From Vulcanimicrobiota bacterium (GTDB taxonomy: Bacteria; Vulcanimicrobiota; Xenobia; Xenobiales; JADMJV01): a DNA stretch of 64,000 nt. Of this stretch, positions 40,201-50,000 are shown one piece after another. The translations under genes were made by a program, and so were the position numbers. The number at the start of each line of letters is the position of its first letter. Position 1 is the stretch's first letter. Location: assembly GCA_050250895.1 (NCBI GenBank), contig JBFWNU010000001.1, positions 352,001-416,000 on the forward strand, written 5' to 3'. The notes beneath the pieces are model-generated. The model made no database searches. It saw only the letters and a program-made list of their open reading frames with translations, and was not told where the DNA came from.

Positions 40201-40307
40201 TCGAGCGACTCGGTCAGTTCCTCGAGCAGGTGCTCGAGGTGGGAGGGGCTTCCCTGAGGTAGACTCGGGACGCCCAACTCCTTTGCAGTCAGCGTGTCAG
40301 CTGCCAA
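37233..40307 (-). CDS. Unknown 1024-aa protein: three ~220-aa repeats, BACON/Ig-like domain, C-terminal TM helices
   Basis: Repeated pattern LR.AL..L.RYFAG ... VFY ... P.LREWL; NAGGGTLSG...VTPTRFRGN; GAGGAGG RBS; stop overlaps the oleB start. Confidence 0.8.
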   Translation of the reverse strand: MAADTLTAKELGVPSLPQGSPSHLEHLLEELTESLDLDAPSTSYRVLKRTFHFLMGYFADLAACLSKVFGELQFPEENYLDPVNAEDTLRIALEFLASDAPQDLPEVKSLLNVFYDGKSARKFTKLMGIGGKPRRGTPQLSALIASTNVPVRKKCVQEVRRYLPFLQEWLEGAAPFFNVAGILSERTSLGGEQAIKVRIGKQDLTAGQRLELSSCPLCIPEKEIDVPRNLYEREVYFFVPQRAPKYLLEILERLDEAMKEQNPVAGCLELRNALEFLIRYFAGVSSKVCEDIDMLPAQAQDLLDASQSVSASEKLLNTCLNILKNQPDSLAAKSVVGIFYRRNELFEFVPRWHTEILALSGQLSAWCQLEPGYGEWEDPETCKIEFEKHVPTLREWLLSIGAYLQSTEHFFEDPNPDGSVEFSVRIGDRFIEVGEPGYQLWLNNPRPEGEMAQAGDSAPKPLIREPIEIPEGCPKVLGKILTRMDIYLRVGDPVEACISLRDALDYLTRYFAGLAAAAFRELGTLPEEAARMAQESLSVRECEKLLILSLRSIGRESTERLGQAVRNVFYYQEEFSDTDRPTGAHARILQMDADPTTKMQNLAEFCSLKAGEGILANPARSKREIERFLPSVRDWLAMSEPFFRDCTHYEEEPDEDGKTELVVEYGDYYLELVEPDYVFYIRRGADEIPDIEAPELPPPDLELDEEAAEELPVRRKLSPEEAALERPFLVHRVEYVGIRENSRGKKCESGYIILTNAGGGTLSGTATSTHHSLEVTPTRFRGNKVQLSYWLDQESLPETHEAYILLRTPDEERTVSVFDMADRTGKEVLSSDKGFSRLISPLFVGFFCFAGIWGMGCYYLTDYLRTELGGNWVNMDLVESAPEVLSHAMGPVQLLAWLYLLMAWALPASLGTAYKKLPPSAQAVEETRAKKMMMMPSLIVFICLLFLLIPKFRLGVFFHPDLRYMHPIRLFPWFLGFNLVWATYMELSLTEKLDDWIHDTFIRKSVPVLLFCAFLVAVMLGLQS

Positions 40308-40346
40308 CCATCCTCCTCATCGAGACCCTTCCTTCGCCAAGGCGTT

Positions 40347-43300
40347 TCATCTTCCCTCAGTCGGAACCAAACGAATCGAGAAGTCCTTCATCTCGTAGAT
40401 GGTCAACCCGTCGACCACGAGAAAGCCGTCGGCCTTCAAAGTGGGGTGAGGGTGTTCGCTGCTGTGACTGACGTAAGCTTCAACCACCACCTTCTTGTTG
40501 GAGGGAATAACCTGCCCTCGATAGACCCAGGTGTGAGGCTCGCCCACGGCGATGGGTTCGAAGCGGTGGGTGTTGCGGGACTGCGGCCAGCGGTCGAGAG
40601 CCACTACTTTGAGCAGTTGCAGAAAGGCTTCCAGCCCAAGCGAGCCGGGCCAGACCGGGTCTTGATAAAAGTGAGCCTTGAAGAACCACTCGTCGGGATT
40701 GACCGTCTTGCTACCGCGGATGAAGCCCAGACCCCTGGGCCCGCCCTGGGGCAAGTAAGCGTCGACCCGGTCCATCATCAACAAGGCTCCGCCGGGCATC
40801 GGCTCGCCAGCTACGGTGTTGGAGTCATCGGGATCGAGCGGGGCCAGGCGCGCCAACTCGAAAGAGCGGGCCGAGGCCAGTTGCTCGGCCGAGGGGGTCC
40901 AGACCCGCTCGCCAGCATCCCGCACACCCAGCTGATTGGACAAAGCAGCGCCGGTGAAGAAGCCAAAATAGGTGGTGCCTTCATAAAGCAGGCGGTCGCC
41001 GGCCAGCATCTGCATCTCGAAATTCTCGATGATCATGCCGCCCGCTTCCGAGACATCGGACATGCGCACCCGAACCCGCACCGTTCCGACGTCGGGAAAC
41101 AGCTCGTGATGCAGAGTGGCGGTGCCGCCCAAATTGCGAAAGTGGGTATCGACCCGGCTGCGCAGGGCCGAACCGACATAAGCGGCCAACCAGCCGCATG
41201 GCTGCAGGGCGGCCTCGAGCAGAATGCAATAAGCCATGGAACTCTGATGGTTTGCCTCGAAATACCAGGCATTCGGAGGGACATCATAGTGACTTTCGAT
41301 CCAGCCTCCGGATTGCAGCACGAAAGGGGGCTGGTTGACCTCGACCACCCGGTCCATGAATTGATAGGGAGGTCCTGGCAAGCGAGCGATGCGACGCTCG
41401 GAGTCAAAGACCGTATACGGCTCGCCAAACGCCAGCGAAGGCCGCCCGTTGGAGAACTCCATAATGGACTGTTTGTCGTAGAGCGCCTGCGGCTGAGGTT
41501 GGCTCTGCCAGAGGGCCTCGACCTCAGCCCGGGTTACCCCGGTCAGCTGCATCGACATGTCGACGAAGCGCACGATGGGCTTGCCGTCGCCGAACATGAG
41601 CGCATCGGCGATGACATAGGGAGCCGGGTTGTAGCCGATGGCCTTGATGTCGACCTGATAGACGACCTTTTTGGTGTCGACATCGACCGGCCCCCGGCAC
41701 TGGAGAGCGGCGGGGGTCTCGAGCACCGGCTCGAAGGCCACCTGTTCGACTTCCGCCAGCCAACCGATCCGGGCCAGCAGAAAGCGCAGAGTATGGGCGC
41801 AGCACTCATACATCAAGGTGCCGGGCATGACCATGTCGTCGACAAAGTGGCAGGTCAAGAACCAATCGTCGGGATGGATATCGGCCTCGGCCTGGATGGT
41901 GCCCAGGCCAAAGCGCCCGCCTCGAGGGTCCAGGCTCAACACGCGATCGAAAAGCTTCATGCGACCGTCGGGCAGACCGTAGGGCCGGCGCAGAGGCAGA
42001 TTGGCGAAGGCTGGTCCGAAACAGGCGGCCGGGTCGCCGCGGCGGAAAGCCGCCACTCGGGCATCGTCGTAGCTTTCGACTCCGCCCAGCGGAGCTAAAT
42101 CGCGCCAGTCGGCCTGGCGATGCCCGGCGGCCGGCTTGCGTTCCTCGGCGGTCAGCACGATGCCGCCCGAATTCTCGATCTCTTCATAGGTGAAGAAACC
42201 GGCGCAGCCGTTGCGCATGGTGATCAGCTTCTGGCCGTCGATGGTGCCGTCGAACTCGAAGAAGAACAGATAGACATCCCCCTGGCGCACGAAGCGGTCG
42301 ATGCGAATGTCATAGACGATCCGTTCACCCGGTTGGGGCAACCCTCGATGGAACTCGACGGTGGCGTCGAGCAGCCGATACATCCGATGGCCCCTGGTCC
42401 GCAGGTCGATGCCCAGGTAGGCCGATAGGAAGAGGTCGGCCTGGCCGGCTTCTACCGAAATACAGACCGGCGTGCGGCCGGCATCGAGATACCAGGCGTC
42501 GTGATGCACATCGTGCTCGGTCACCAGGCGGCCGCTACCCAGCGAGCCCGGCTCGCCCTCGACATGGGTGATACGATGGCACAGCATCAACGGCTCATCC
42601 GGCAAGCGCACGCGCGTGGGGTGATGGTCGACCTCGGCGAACTTGGGCCCGAGCACCTTGGCGATCGAGCCGACAGCGAACTCCATGCACTGATCGTAGT
42701 CCCAGAGGACATCATCGCGAGGAGCCTCCACCCGAACCTCGGGAGCGGTCAGGCTGGCCGGCAACTCACCCTCGCCGACCAGTTGAGCCAGTAGTTGGTT
42801 CTGCAACTCGACAGCCCGAGCCATGGCCTCGAGGGTCTCGCCCGACATGCGCAGGAAAGTCTGGTGGGCCTTGGCCGTAGCCGTCGAGGTTTCGAGCATT
42901 TGGGCGGCCAGCGGCTCGAGCGCCTGGGTGCTCACGGCAGCCGGCGCCGGACGGGTGGCCCGAGCGGCTGGCGGCGGCGCGACCGGAGTCGGGGTCGGGG
43001 CGGGTCGGCCGTTGGCCCGGCTGACCGGAGTCTGAGGAGCGATGGGCGTGGCCAACGGGGTAGGCAGATTCTTGCCTATGGGGACGGTGACCACTCCGCG
43101 AGACTCGGGCTCGGGAGCCAGTTCGGACAGATCGTAGAGAGGAGACATATCGATTTCCAATCCTTCGGCCGCGGCCGCGGCCAGCAACTTCAACAGGGTA
43201 AAGGTTTCCGGTTCCCCGGGTAGAGAGACCGACCGCGCCAGGTGCGGCCGGTCCCCCAGGATGCGGCCGACCATGCGAGCACACGAGCCGTGGGGTCCCA

Positions 43301-46300
43301 TCTCGAGGAAGATGCGAACTCCGTCGGCATAGGCAGCTTCGATGGTAGCCGCATAGTCGATGCCTTTGAGGGCATTATCCACAATGGATTGAGCGGCCCG
43401 CTCGGCGCTCGGCTCGAAGGCCTTGGCCCAGTTACCGCTATAAAAGCGCAAGCCCTGCTTGGGTGTGGTCTTGAGCAGATGAAGATCGTAATAGGCCTGC
43501 TTGACCGGCTCGAGTACGCGCGAGTGGACGGTGGTGATGCCCTCGAGATAGAAGGCGTCGCAACCGAGCTGCTCGACGGTGGCCGCCACGGCCGGCGCGT
43601 GACCGCCAATGACGCACTCCTCGGCGGTGTTGACGATGAGCAGGTCGCAGCCCTCGACCAGAGCCTGGCGAACGGCGGCGGCGGGGCGATTGACCACAGC
43701 CACCTTCCACACGAAGTCGGGCCCGAAGCGCTGCTTGGCGGCCAGACATTCGCCCCCCAGCTGGCGGGTGAAGAGATCCGAGTTCATGATGCGACCGAAC
43801 ATCACGTCGCGCTCGGTCCAGACGCCGCTCGAGAAGAGGCCGGCCGACTCGCCCAGCGAGTAGCCGATGACGGCCTGGGGCTCGAGACCAAACAGGTTGA
43901 CCACCCGGGTGGCCGTGATGCCGGCCATCACCTGTCCGAAAATGGGGGCGTGAGCGTCAGCCTCGATGGCGCGATTGGCCCGCTGCTGCCAGCCTTCGCC
44001 CCACTCTTGACGGTAGGGGACGATCAATTCGGGTACGGCGTGATCGGCCAGCCGGTCGGTGGTGGCGTCGAGCTGGCGAGCCACCTCGGGGAAAGCCACC
44101 ATCAACTGGCTGGTCATGCCGGCGAAGTGATTGCCCGAACCAGGATAGAGAAACGCCACCTGGCCCTTCAGCGGCTCAGGCGAATAGAAGACTCCCGCCT
44201 GGCCCTGCCGGCGTTCGCCTTTGGCGACGGCCAGGCGAGCCTGCTCGATGGCCAGCTCGAGTTCTTCGACGGTGCGGGCAACCAGGGCCAGCGGTCTCTT
44301 CGGCTGGCGGCGGTGGCCCTGATGCCAGCTGCGGGCCCGTAGCTGCAGCTCGCCCTCGAGTCGAGCCAGCTGGTCGAGTTCGGTGATGTCCAGCCAGAAC
44401 AGGGCCGCCCGGGGAGCACCGGCGGGGCAGAGGTGGGCGCTGGGGGCATCACGCCCCTCGAGCACCACGTGATAGGCCTCGCCCTGGCCGTTGACGCTCG
44501 AAACCCCGGCCAATCGCGGTCCATCCTGGCGGTTGCGATACCAGAAGCTCGCCTGGCGCGGAAAATGAATGTGAGCCGGCCAGTTCTGGGCCGGCCGCTC
44601 GAAGCCGGGCAGGGGCGGCAGCAGCGACTCTTGCAAACAGCCCACCGCTTTGGCCAGCGAGGCCAGCCCGGAGACGGCCCCGGTCTGGCCCACGAAAGGG
44701 GTGACCGAGCCCAGCGCCAGGGGCAGGCCCGCTCCGAAAAAGCGACTCAGCTCGCCGGCCTCGTAGGCGTCTTCGTCGGCGTCGCCGGTAGCGGCCGCCT
44801 CGACCAGACTGACCCGTCCCGGGTCGACGCCGGCCTCGGCGTAGGCTCGCTCGAGCGCCAGCTGGTAAGCCCCGGATCCGCTGCCAGCGCCCATTCCGCG
44901 CACCACGGCCAGCACCTGGTCGCCAGCGCGTTCGGCATCAGCCAGACGCTTGACCACCAGGGCTACCGCTCCCTCGCCCACGGCCGAGCCCGTGGCCTCG
45001 GCCGCGAAGGGCTTGACCTTGCCGTCGGGAGCCAGGCGTCGCCGCTGGTGCGCGGCCAGCACGGCCCGGGGGTCTCCGGCCAGGTCGACCGCCCCCACCA
45101 GGCAGGTGTCCAGTTCGCCCTTCTGCAGCGCCCGAACGGCTACTTCCAGCGCCCGAATCCCCGACGCCTCGCCGGCCGAGATGGCAAAGCTCGGCCCGCC
45201 CACCGCCAGTTCGCGGGCCAGGCGGCTGGCCACGATACTGCCCAGCGCCCCCAGTGTGCGCGTCGAATCCAGCGGCGGCGAGGCGCTTTGGCGCAGCTTT
45301 TCTCGCTCCTCGGCGGTGGCCTGGGCTCCCCACTGCTCGATGAGGGCGTCAACAGCCCAGCGCAAATGAAAGTTGGTGGTATCGGCGTCGAGATTGATGC
45401 CGATGACGGCTCCGGCTCGGGCTTTGGGAGCGCGATCAAGACCCGCTTGCTCGGCCGCCTGGGCGGCCACCTCGAGCATGAGAAGCTGCTGGGGCAGGCT
45501 CGACGGAATATCGCTAGGAGGCAGGCGGAACTTGCCCACCGGGATCTCGAGCTGGTCGATGTAGGCCCCCGGCGTGTCGATGGGGCCCAGCGGATTGCCG
45601 TTCCAGCGAGTGGCCGGCCGAGCTTCGATGGCCGAACCGCCCGCGAAGACGGTCTGCATGAACTGGTGCTGGGTCTTGAGCTTGCCAAAGCGACTGGCCA
45701 CGGCCACGATGGCCACCGGGGCCGAGGGCTCTGGCTCGACCGCCACGGGCTGCTGACCCACCCACTCTTCCACCAGCACGTGGGCGTTGATGCCGCCAAA
45801 GCCGAAGGCCGAAACGGCGGCTCGCCTGGGGTGGCCGGGGTCGGCCCACGGCTCGGGTTCGGTCTGCACCTTGAACGGCCCACCCTCGAGGCTGATGTCT
45901 TTACCCGGCTGAGAAAAATTGATCATCGGCGGCAAAATCTGGTCGCGAAGCGCCATCAGGACCTTGATCAGTCCGGCGGCGCCAGCCGCCGTCAACAAGT
46001 GACCGATCATCGATTTGACCGAGCCCAGCGAACACTGGCCGGGGCGGAACGGTTCGTCCTGCCACAGGGCGCGCAGGCTCTCGATCTCGATGCGATCGCC
46101 CATGGGTGTACCCGTACCGTGGCACTCGATCAACTCGACGTCGTTGGGGCGCCAGCCGGCCTGGGCATAGGCGTCGCGCATAGCTCGTAACTGTCCCTCG
46201 TGAGAGGGTGCCAGCAGGCTACCTCCCAGATCGTTGGACAGTCCGATGCCGCGCAGCAGGCCATAGATCGTGTCGCCGTCGCGCAGGGCGTCCTCGAGCC

Positions 46301-47075
46301 GCTTGAGCACGACCACGCCCGCCCCCTCTCCCACCACCAGGCCATCGCCTTTGCGGTCGAAGGGAGAGCAGTGGCCGGTGGGAGACAGCGCTCCCAGGGC
46401 GGTAAAACCCATCTGGGTGTAAAGACAATCGGGACGGCTAACCCCGCCAGCCAGCATGGCGTCGGCCCGACCGGCCTCGAGTTCGTCGCAGGCCAGCTTG
46501 ATGGCGTAAAGTGACGAGGCGCAGGCGGCGTCGAGGGTCAAGCTCGAGCCGCCCAGGTTGAGGCAGCGGGCCACCAGCGCGGCCGGCAGTCCTACCACAT
46601 CGAGGTTGGCCGGGTGCACCGGCCGGGGCGGACTTTTGGCCTGGCCGGTCAGGTTGCCCTCGAGAGTGGGTGAAAACAGTTGCTGGGTGAGCTCTGATGA
46701 GCGGTCGGTGGGTAGCGCGATAGAGGCCAGCATCACTCCGATGCGGCGGCGGTCGAGGTTTTTGGTGACCGCCTCGCCGAGCGCCGTGGCCGAGGCCACC
46801 AGAGCCAGCGAATAAACAGGGTCGAGTTGCTCGAAATCGATGCCGAACGGAGTGGGGTCGACGGCAAAGGGCTCGACCAAGCAAGCCCGGGTCGAGGCCA
46901 CCCGGTCAGCCCCGGGCCGGGCCACCGCCTGGGCGGGATCCATCACCCAACGCTCGGGGGGCACCTCTCGCGTAGCGTCAAACCTCGCCAGGATGTTCTT
47001 CCAGAGTGTCTGTGGCGAATCGGCCCCGGGGAAGATCCCCCCGAGGCCGACCACCGCGATGGGGCTTTTCGGCAT
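40347..47075 (-). CDS. pfaBC: PUFA synthase PfaBC/Pfa3-type (KS-CLF-AT-FabA-like DH domains)
   Basis: DAACASS/HGTGT/GHLL KS; CLF with AGEASG; AT GYSLG; DH HFVDDMVMPG and HFYQDPVWPG. Confidence 0.9.
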   Translation of the reverse strand: MPKSPIAVVGLGGIFPGADSPQTLWKNILARFDATREVPPERWVMDPAQAVARPGADRVASTRACLVEPFAVDPTPFGIDFEQLDPVYSLALVASATALGEAVTKNLDRRRIGVMLASIALPTDRSSELTQQLFSPTLEGNLTGQAKSPPRPVHPANLDVVGLPAALVARCLNLGGSSLTLDAACASSLYAIKLACDELEAGRADAMLAGGVSRPDCLYTQMGFTALGALSPTGHCSPFDRKGDGLVVGEGAGVVVLKRLEDALRDGDTIYGLLRGIGLSNDLGGSLLAPSHEGQLRAMRDAYAQAGWRPNDVELIECHGTGTPMGDRIEIESLRALWQDEPFRPGQCSLGSVKSMIGHLLTAAGAAGLIKVLMALRDQILPPMINFSQPGKDISLEGGPFKVQTEPEPWADPGHPRRAAVSAFGFGGINAHVLVEEWVGQQPVAVEPEPSAPVAIVAVASRFGKLKTQHQFMQTVFAGGSAIEARPATRWNGNPLGPIDTPGAYIDQLEIPVGKFRLPPSDIPSSLPQQLLMLEVAAQAAEQAGLDRAPKARAGAVIGINLDADTTNFHLRWAVDALIEQWGAQATAEEREKLRQSASPPLDSTRTLGALGSIVASRLARELAVGGPSFAISAGEASGIRALEVAVRALQKGELDTCLVGAVDLAGDPRAVLAAHQRRRLAPDGKVKPFAAEATGSAVGEGAVALVVKRLADAERAGDQVLAVVRGMGAGSGSGAYQLALERAYAEAGVDPGRVSLVEAAATGDADEDAYEAGELSRFFGAGLPLALGSVTPFVGQTGAVSGLASLAKAVGCLQESLLPPLPGFERPAQNWPAHIHFPRQASFWYRNRQDGPRLAGVSSVNGQGEAYHVVLEGRDAPSAHLCPAGAPRAALFWLDITELDQLARLEGELQLRARSWHQGHRRQPKRPLALVARTVEELELAIEQARLAVAKGERRQGQAGVFYSPEPLKGQVAFLYPGSGNHFAGMTSQLMVAFPEVARQLDATTDRLADHAVPELIVPYRQEWGEGWQQRANRAIEADAHAPIFGQVMAGITATRVVNLFGLEPQAVIGYSLGESAGLFSSGVWTERDVMFGRIMNSDLFTRQLGGECLAAKQRFGPDFVWKVAVVNRPAAAVRQALVEGCDLLIVNTAEECVIGGHAPAVAATVEQLGCDAFYLEGITTVHSRVLEPVKQAYYDLHLLKTTPKQGLRFYSGNWAKAFEPSAERAAQSIVDNALKGIDYAATIEAAYADGVRIFLEMGPHGSCARMVGRILGDRPHLARSVSLPGEPETFTLLKLLAAAAAEGLEIDMSPLYDLSELAPEPESRGVVTVPIGKNLPTPLATPIAPQTPVSRANGRPAPTPTPVAPPPAARATRPAPAAVSTQALEPLAAQMLETSTATAKAHQTFLRMSGETLEAMARAVELQNQLLAQLVGEGELPASLTAPEVRVEAPRDDVLWDYDQCMEFAVGSIAKVLGPKFAEVDHHPTRVRLPDEPLMLCHRITHVEGEPGSLGSGRLVTEHDVHHDAWYLDAGRTPVCISVEAGQADLFLSAYLGIDLRTRGHRMYRLLDATVEFHRGLPQPGERIVYDIRIDRFVRQGDVYLFFFEFDGTIDGQKLITMRNGCAGFFTYEEIENSGGIVLTAEERKPAAGHRQADWRDLAPLGGVESYDDARVAAFRRGDPAACFGPAFANLPLRRPYGLPDGRMKLFDRVLSLDPRGGRFGLGTIQAEADIHPDDWFLTCHFVDDMVMPGTLMYECCAHTLRFLLARIGWLAEVEQVAFEPVLETPAALQCRGPVDVDTKKVVYQVDIKAIGYNPAPYVIADALMFGDGKPIVRFVDMSMQLTGVTRAEVEALWQSQPQPQALYDKQSIMEFSNGRPSLAFGEPYTVFDSERRIARLPGPPYQFMDRVVEVNQPPFVLQSGGWIESHYDVPPNAWYFEANHQSSMAYCILLEAALQPCGWLAAYVGSALRSRVDTHFRNLGGTATLHHELFPDVGTVRVRVRMSDVSEAGGMIIENFEMQMLAGDRLLYEGTTYFGFFTGAALSNQLGVRDAGERVWTPSAEQLASARSFELARLAPLDPDDSNTVAGEPMPGGALLMMDRVDAYLPQGGPRGLGFIRGSKTVNPDEWFFKAHFYQDPVWPGSLGLEAFLQLLKVVALDRWPQSRNTHRFEPIAVGEPHTWVYRGQVIPSNKKVVVEAYVSHSSEHPHPTLKADGFLVVDGLTIYEMKDFSIRLVPTEGR

Positions 47076-47077
47076 CG

Positions 47078-50000
47078 TTACGGAGTGGCCAGGACTTTCT
47101 TGGCAAAAGCTTTGCGCAGGTTTGCGTCAGCGGTCCACTCGACTCCTTCGAAACTGGCCACCACCTCGCCGGCGGCGTCGGTCAGATAGACATTGGCCGA
47201 CATGCGGTGAGCCGAGTGGCTGCTCACCCGCAAGATGGCCCGGGCTCCCTCGCGGGGGAAGCGGCGCCGGTATTGGCGGTAACGCGCTCCACCGTTGGGC
47301 AGCGAAGGCTTCTCCATCTGCTCGATGCACCACAAAATGCCCAACTGGAGGATGCTGTCTACCACCAGCGGGTCGGTCAACCACTCGCTGCGCACCGGGT
47401 CGAGCACCCACTTCGAGGGTTTCGGAGCCGCCTTGAGGTCGGCCACCAGACCTTCGTCCGAGATGCCTTCCACGGCCTTGATACCCTGGAAGTGACTGCC
47501 GTGGAAAAGCAGCTTGTCGTAGATCTGACCGGGTTCGTAAGGGTAGGCCTGCGAAGCCAGCCCGTTGACCGGCTCGAGCGTCGGAGCGCTGGGCAGATCG
47601 GGGGCCAACAAGACGGTTCCTCGGGCGTGCAGAATATTGCGGGTCTGGTCGCGCAGCTCGACTTCGACGCGGAAGCCGTCGCCATCAGGGACCAGTTCTC
47701 CGGCCGAGACCGCGATGGTCGGCTCGACGCCGTTCTCTAAGGCCAGACCGCGCAAGACCCGCAGGTCTTCGATACCGAAGAAGCGCAGACCGATGTTGCC
47801 ATGCAGGGCCGCGTGGGCGAACCACTCGAGAATGACGGCCACCGGCAGCACCGGTCGTCCGCCGATCACGTGCGACTCCAGGAAGGGGAAGTTCTCGGTC
47901 GAGAGCTTGCGCTCGAGCACCGGCGAAAGAGTACTGGCGGTGGCCGTCAAACGCGGGGCGGGACGCTCGGGCTCGGGAAAACCGTCGCCGATGAGCACCT
48001 CGATCTCGTCCTTGGCCGGGTGCGAAAGCTCCTTGACCAGAGCCTGCGCCCCACCGTCTAACGGAATCAGGCCCACACCCAGGCGCTCGAACTCTTTCTT
48101 GAGCCCGGGAGTGACCATGCCGCCCTCCCACGGACCCCAGCACATCGAGGCCACTTTGCAATCGGGGTTCTGACGAGCATACTGCTGGGCCACCTTATTG
48201 AGAACCTCGTTGGCCATGCAGTAGTCGAGCTGACCCGGGCGCCCGAAGCGCGAGGTCACCGAGCTGAACAGCACCAGGGCCTTGAGGTTCTTGGTCAAGT
48301 CGAGCAGATTTCGCAGACCGCTCACTTTGGTGTCAAAGACCGAGTCGAATTGCTCGGGAGTCTTGTCTTCGATACGACGGTCGGCCAGCACTCCGGCCCC
48401 GTGCACGACACCCTTTACCGGGCCAAGCTTGGTATCGGCCAGCACCTTCTTGACCGCCTTGCGGTCACGAATGTCGACCGAACGATATTCTGCTTTGCTG
48501 CCGGCCTGTTCGAGAGCGGCCAGGGTCTGGCGAATCTCGCGGTTGGCCATATGCGAGCGGTAAGACTGTTCGAGTTCGACCGGGGTCGCTTTGCCGTTGA
48601 ACTCGCGGGCCAGCAAGGTCTTCTTGATAGCGGCCGCGTCGGTCAGCCCGGCCAACCACTCAGGCTCGGCACTGGGCACTTCCGAGCGACCCAACAACAT
48701 GAAGTTGGGTCGGACGGCTTTGGCCAGGGCGATGGCCGTGTGGGCCGTTACGCCCCGGGCCCCGCCGGTGATCACCACCAGGTCCCCCTGGCCCAGAGCC
48801 GGCGGGCCGGCCTCGGTGGCTACCGAATCGATGACCAGACCCAGGCGCCGGTCAGGCTGTAGGCCCACCTCGATGGGACCATCCAGACACAGCTCGCTCA
48901 CCACGGCTTCGCCGTCGATTTCGCGAGCCACGTCCAGAGCCCGAACCCAGACTTCAGGCCACTCGTGGGCCACCGTCTTGGGCAGCCCGGCCAGGGCGCC
49001 GGCGAGAGGGTCGAAACTCTTGGCGGCCATGCCGAAGGAGCCATCGGTGCGCGACACGGTCACCAGCATGCCCTTGGTCTCGCGCAGGCTCTTGGCCGCC
49101 TGCTTGGTCAGCAAGAAAGCCTGCTTGAGAAACTTCTCGGTTGCTTCCCACTGGCCGCCGTTGGCCACCAGGATCAAGCCCGACAGGTCACCGGGCAGGT
49201 CGCCCTGGACCACTTCGGCCTTGAGGCCGCGGCCTTTGAGGGCGGCCACGATCGACTCGCCCAATCCGGGCTGGTCCTCAGCCACGGCTAACACGCCCCG
49301 GGTGACCGGAAATCCCATCATCTGTCCGGCCTCGAGTTGGACCGCCCGCAACACCTTGCGTCCCAGTGGCCTGGCCGGCGCGGCGGCTTGAGCCACGCCG
49401 TTGCTGCCGTGGCCCAGGGCGCCCAACACCTGGCGCAGACTGCGCAGGCTGCCCATCTGGTCGGCGGCCACCTTGGGCAGACCGGGAATGGCCTCTTCGA
49501 CGGCAGCCAGGATCTCGACTCGCTTGATCGAGTCGATGCCCAGATCGGCCTCGAGGTCCATGTCGAGATTGAGCATCTCCACCGGATAACCCGTCTTCTC
49601 GGCCACCACGCTCAAGAGCACGTCTTGAGTCTGGTCTGCCGGTTCTTGAGTCGGGGCCGGGCCCACGCCCAGCACCTCGACGATCTGACCGAGAGTGCGC
49701 AGACTGCCCATCTGGTCGGCGGCCACCTTGGGCAGGCCGGGGATGGCTTCTTCCACCGCCGCCAGGATCTCGACCCGTTTGATCGAGTCGATGCCCAGAT
49801 CGGCCTCGAGATCCATGTCGAGGTTGAGCATATCCACCGGATAACCCGTCTTCTCGGCCACCACGGTCAACAACGTGGTCGTCACACCTGTGGCCACGGG
49901 GGCCGGCTGACTGGCGACCGCGGTCACACCGGGGCTCACGCCCAGCACTTCCACGATCTGACCCAGGGTGCGCAGCGAGCCCATCTGGTCGGGTGCCACC

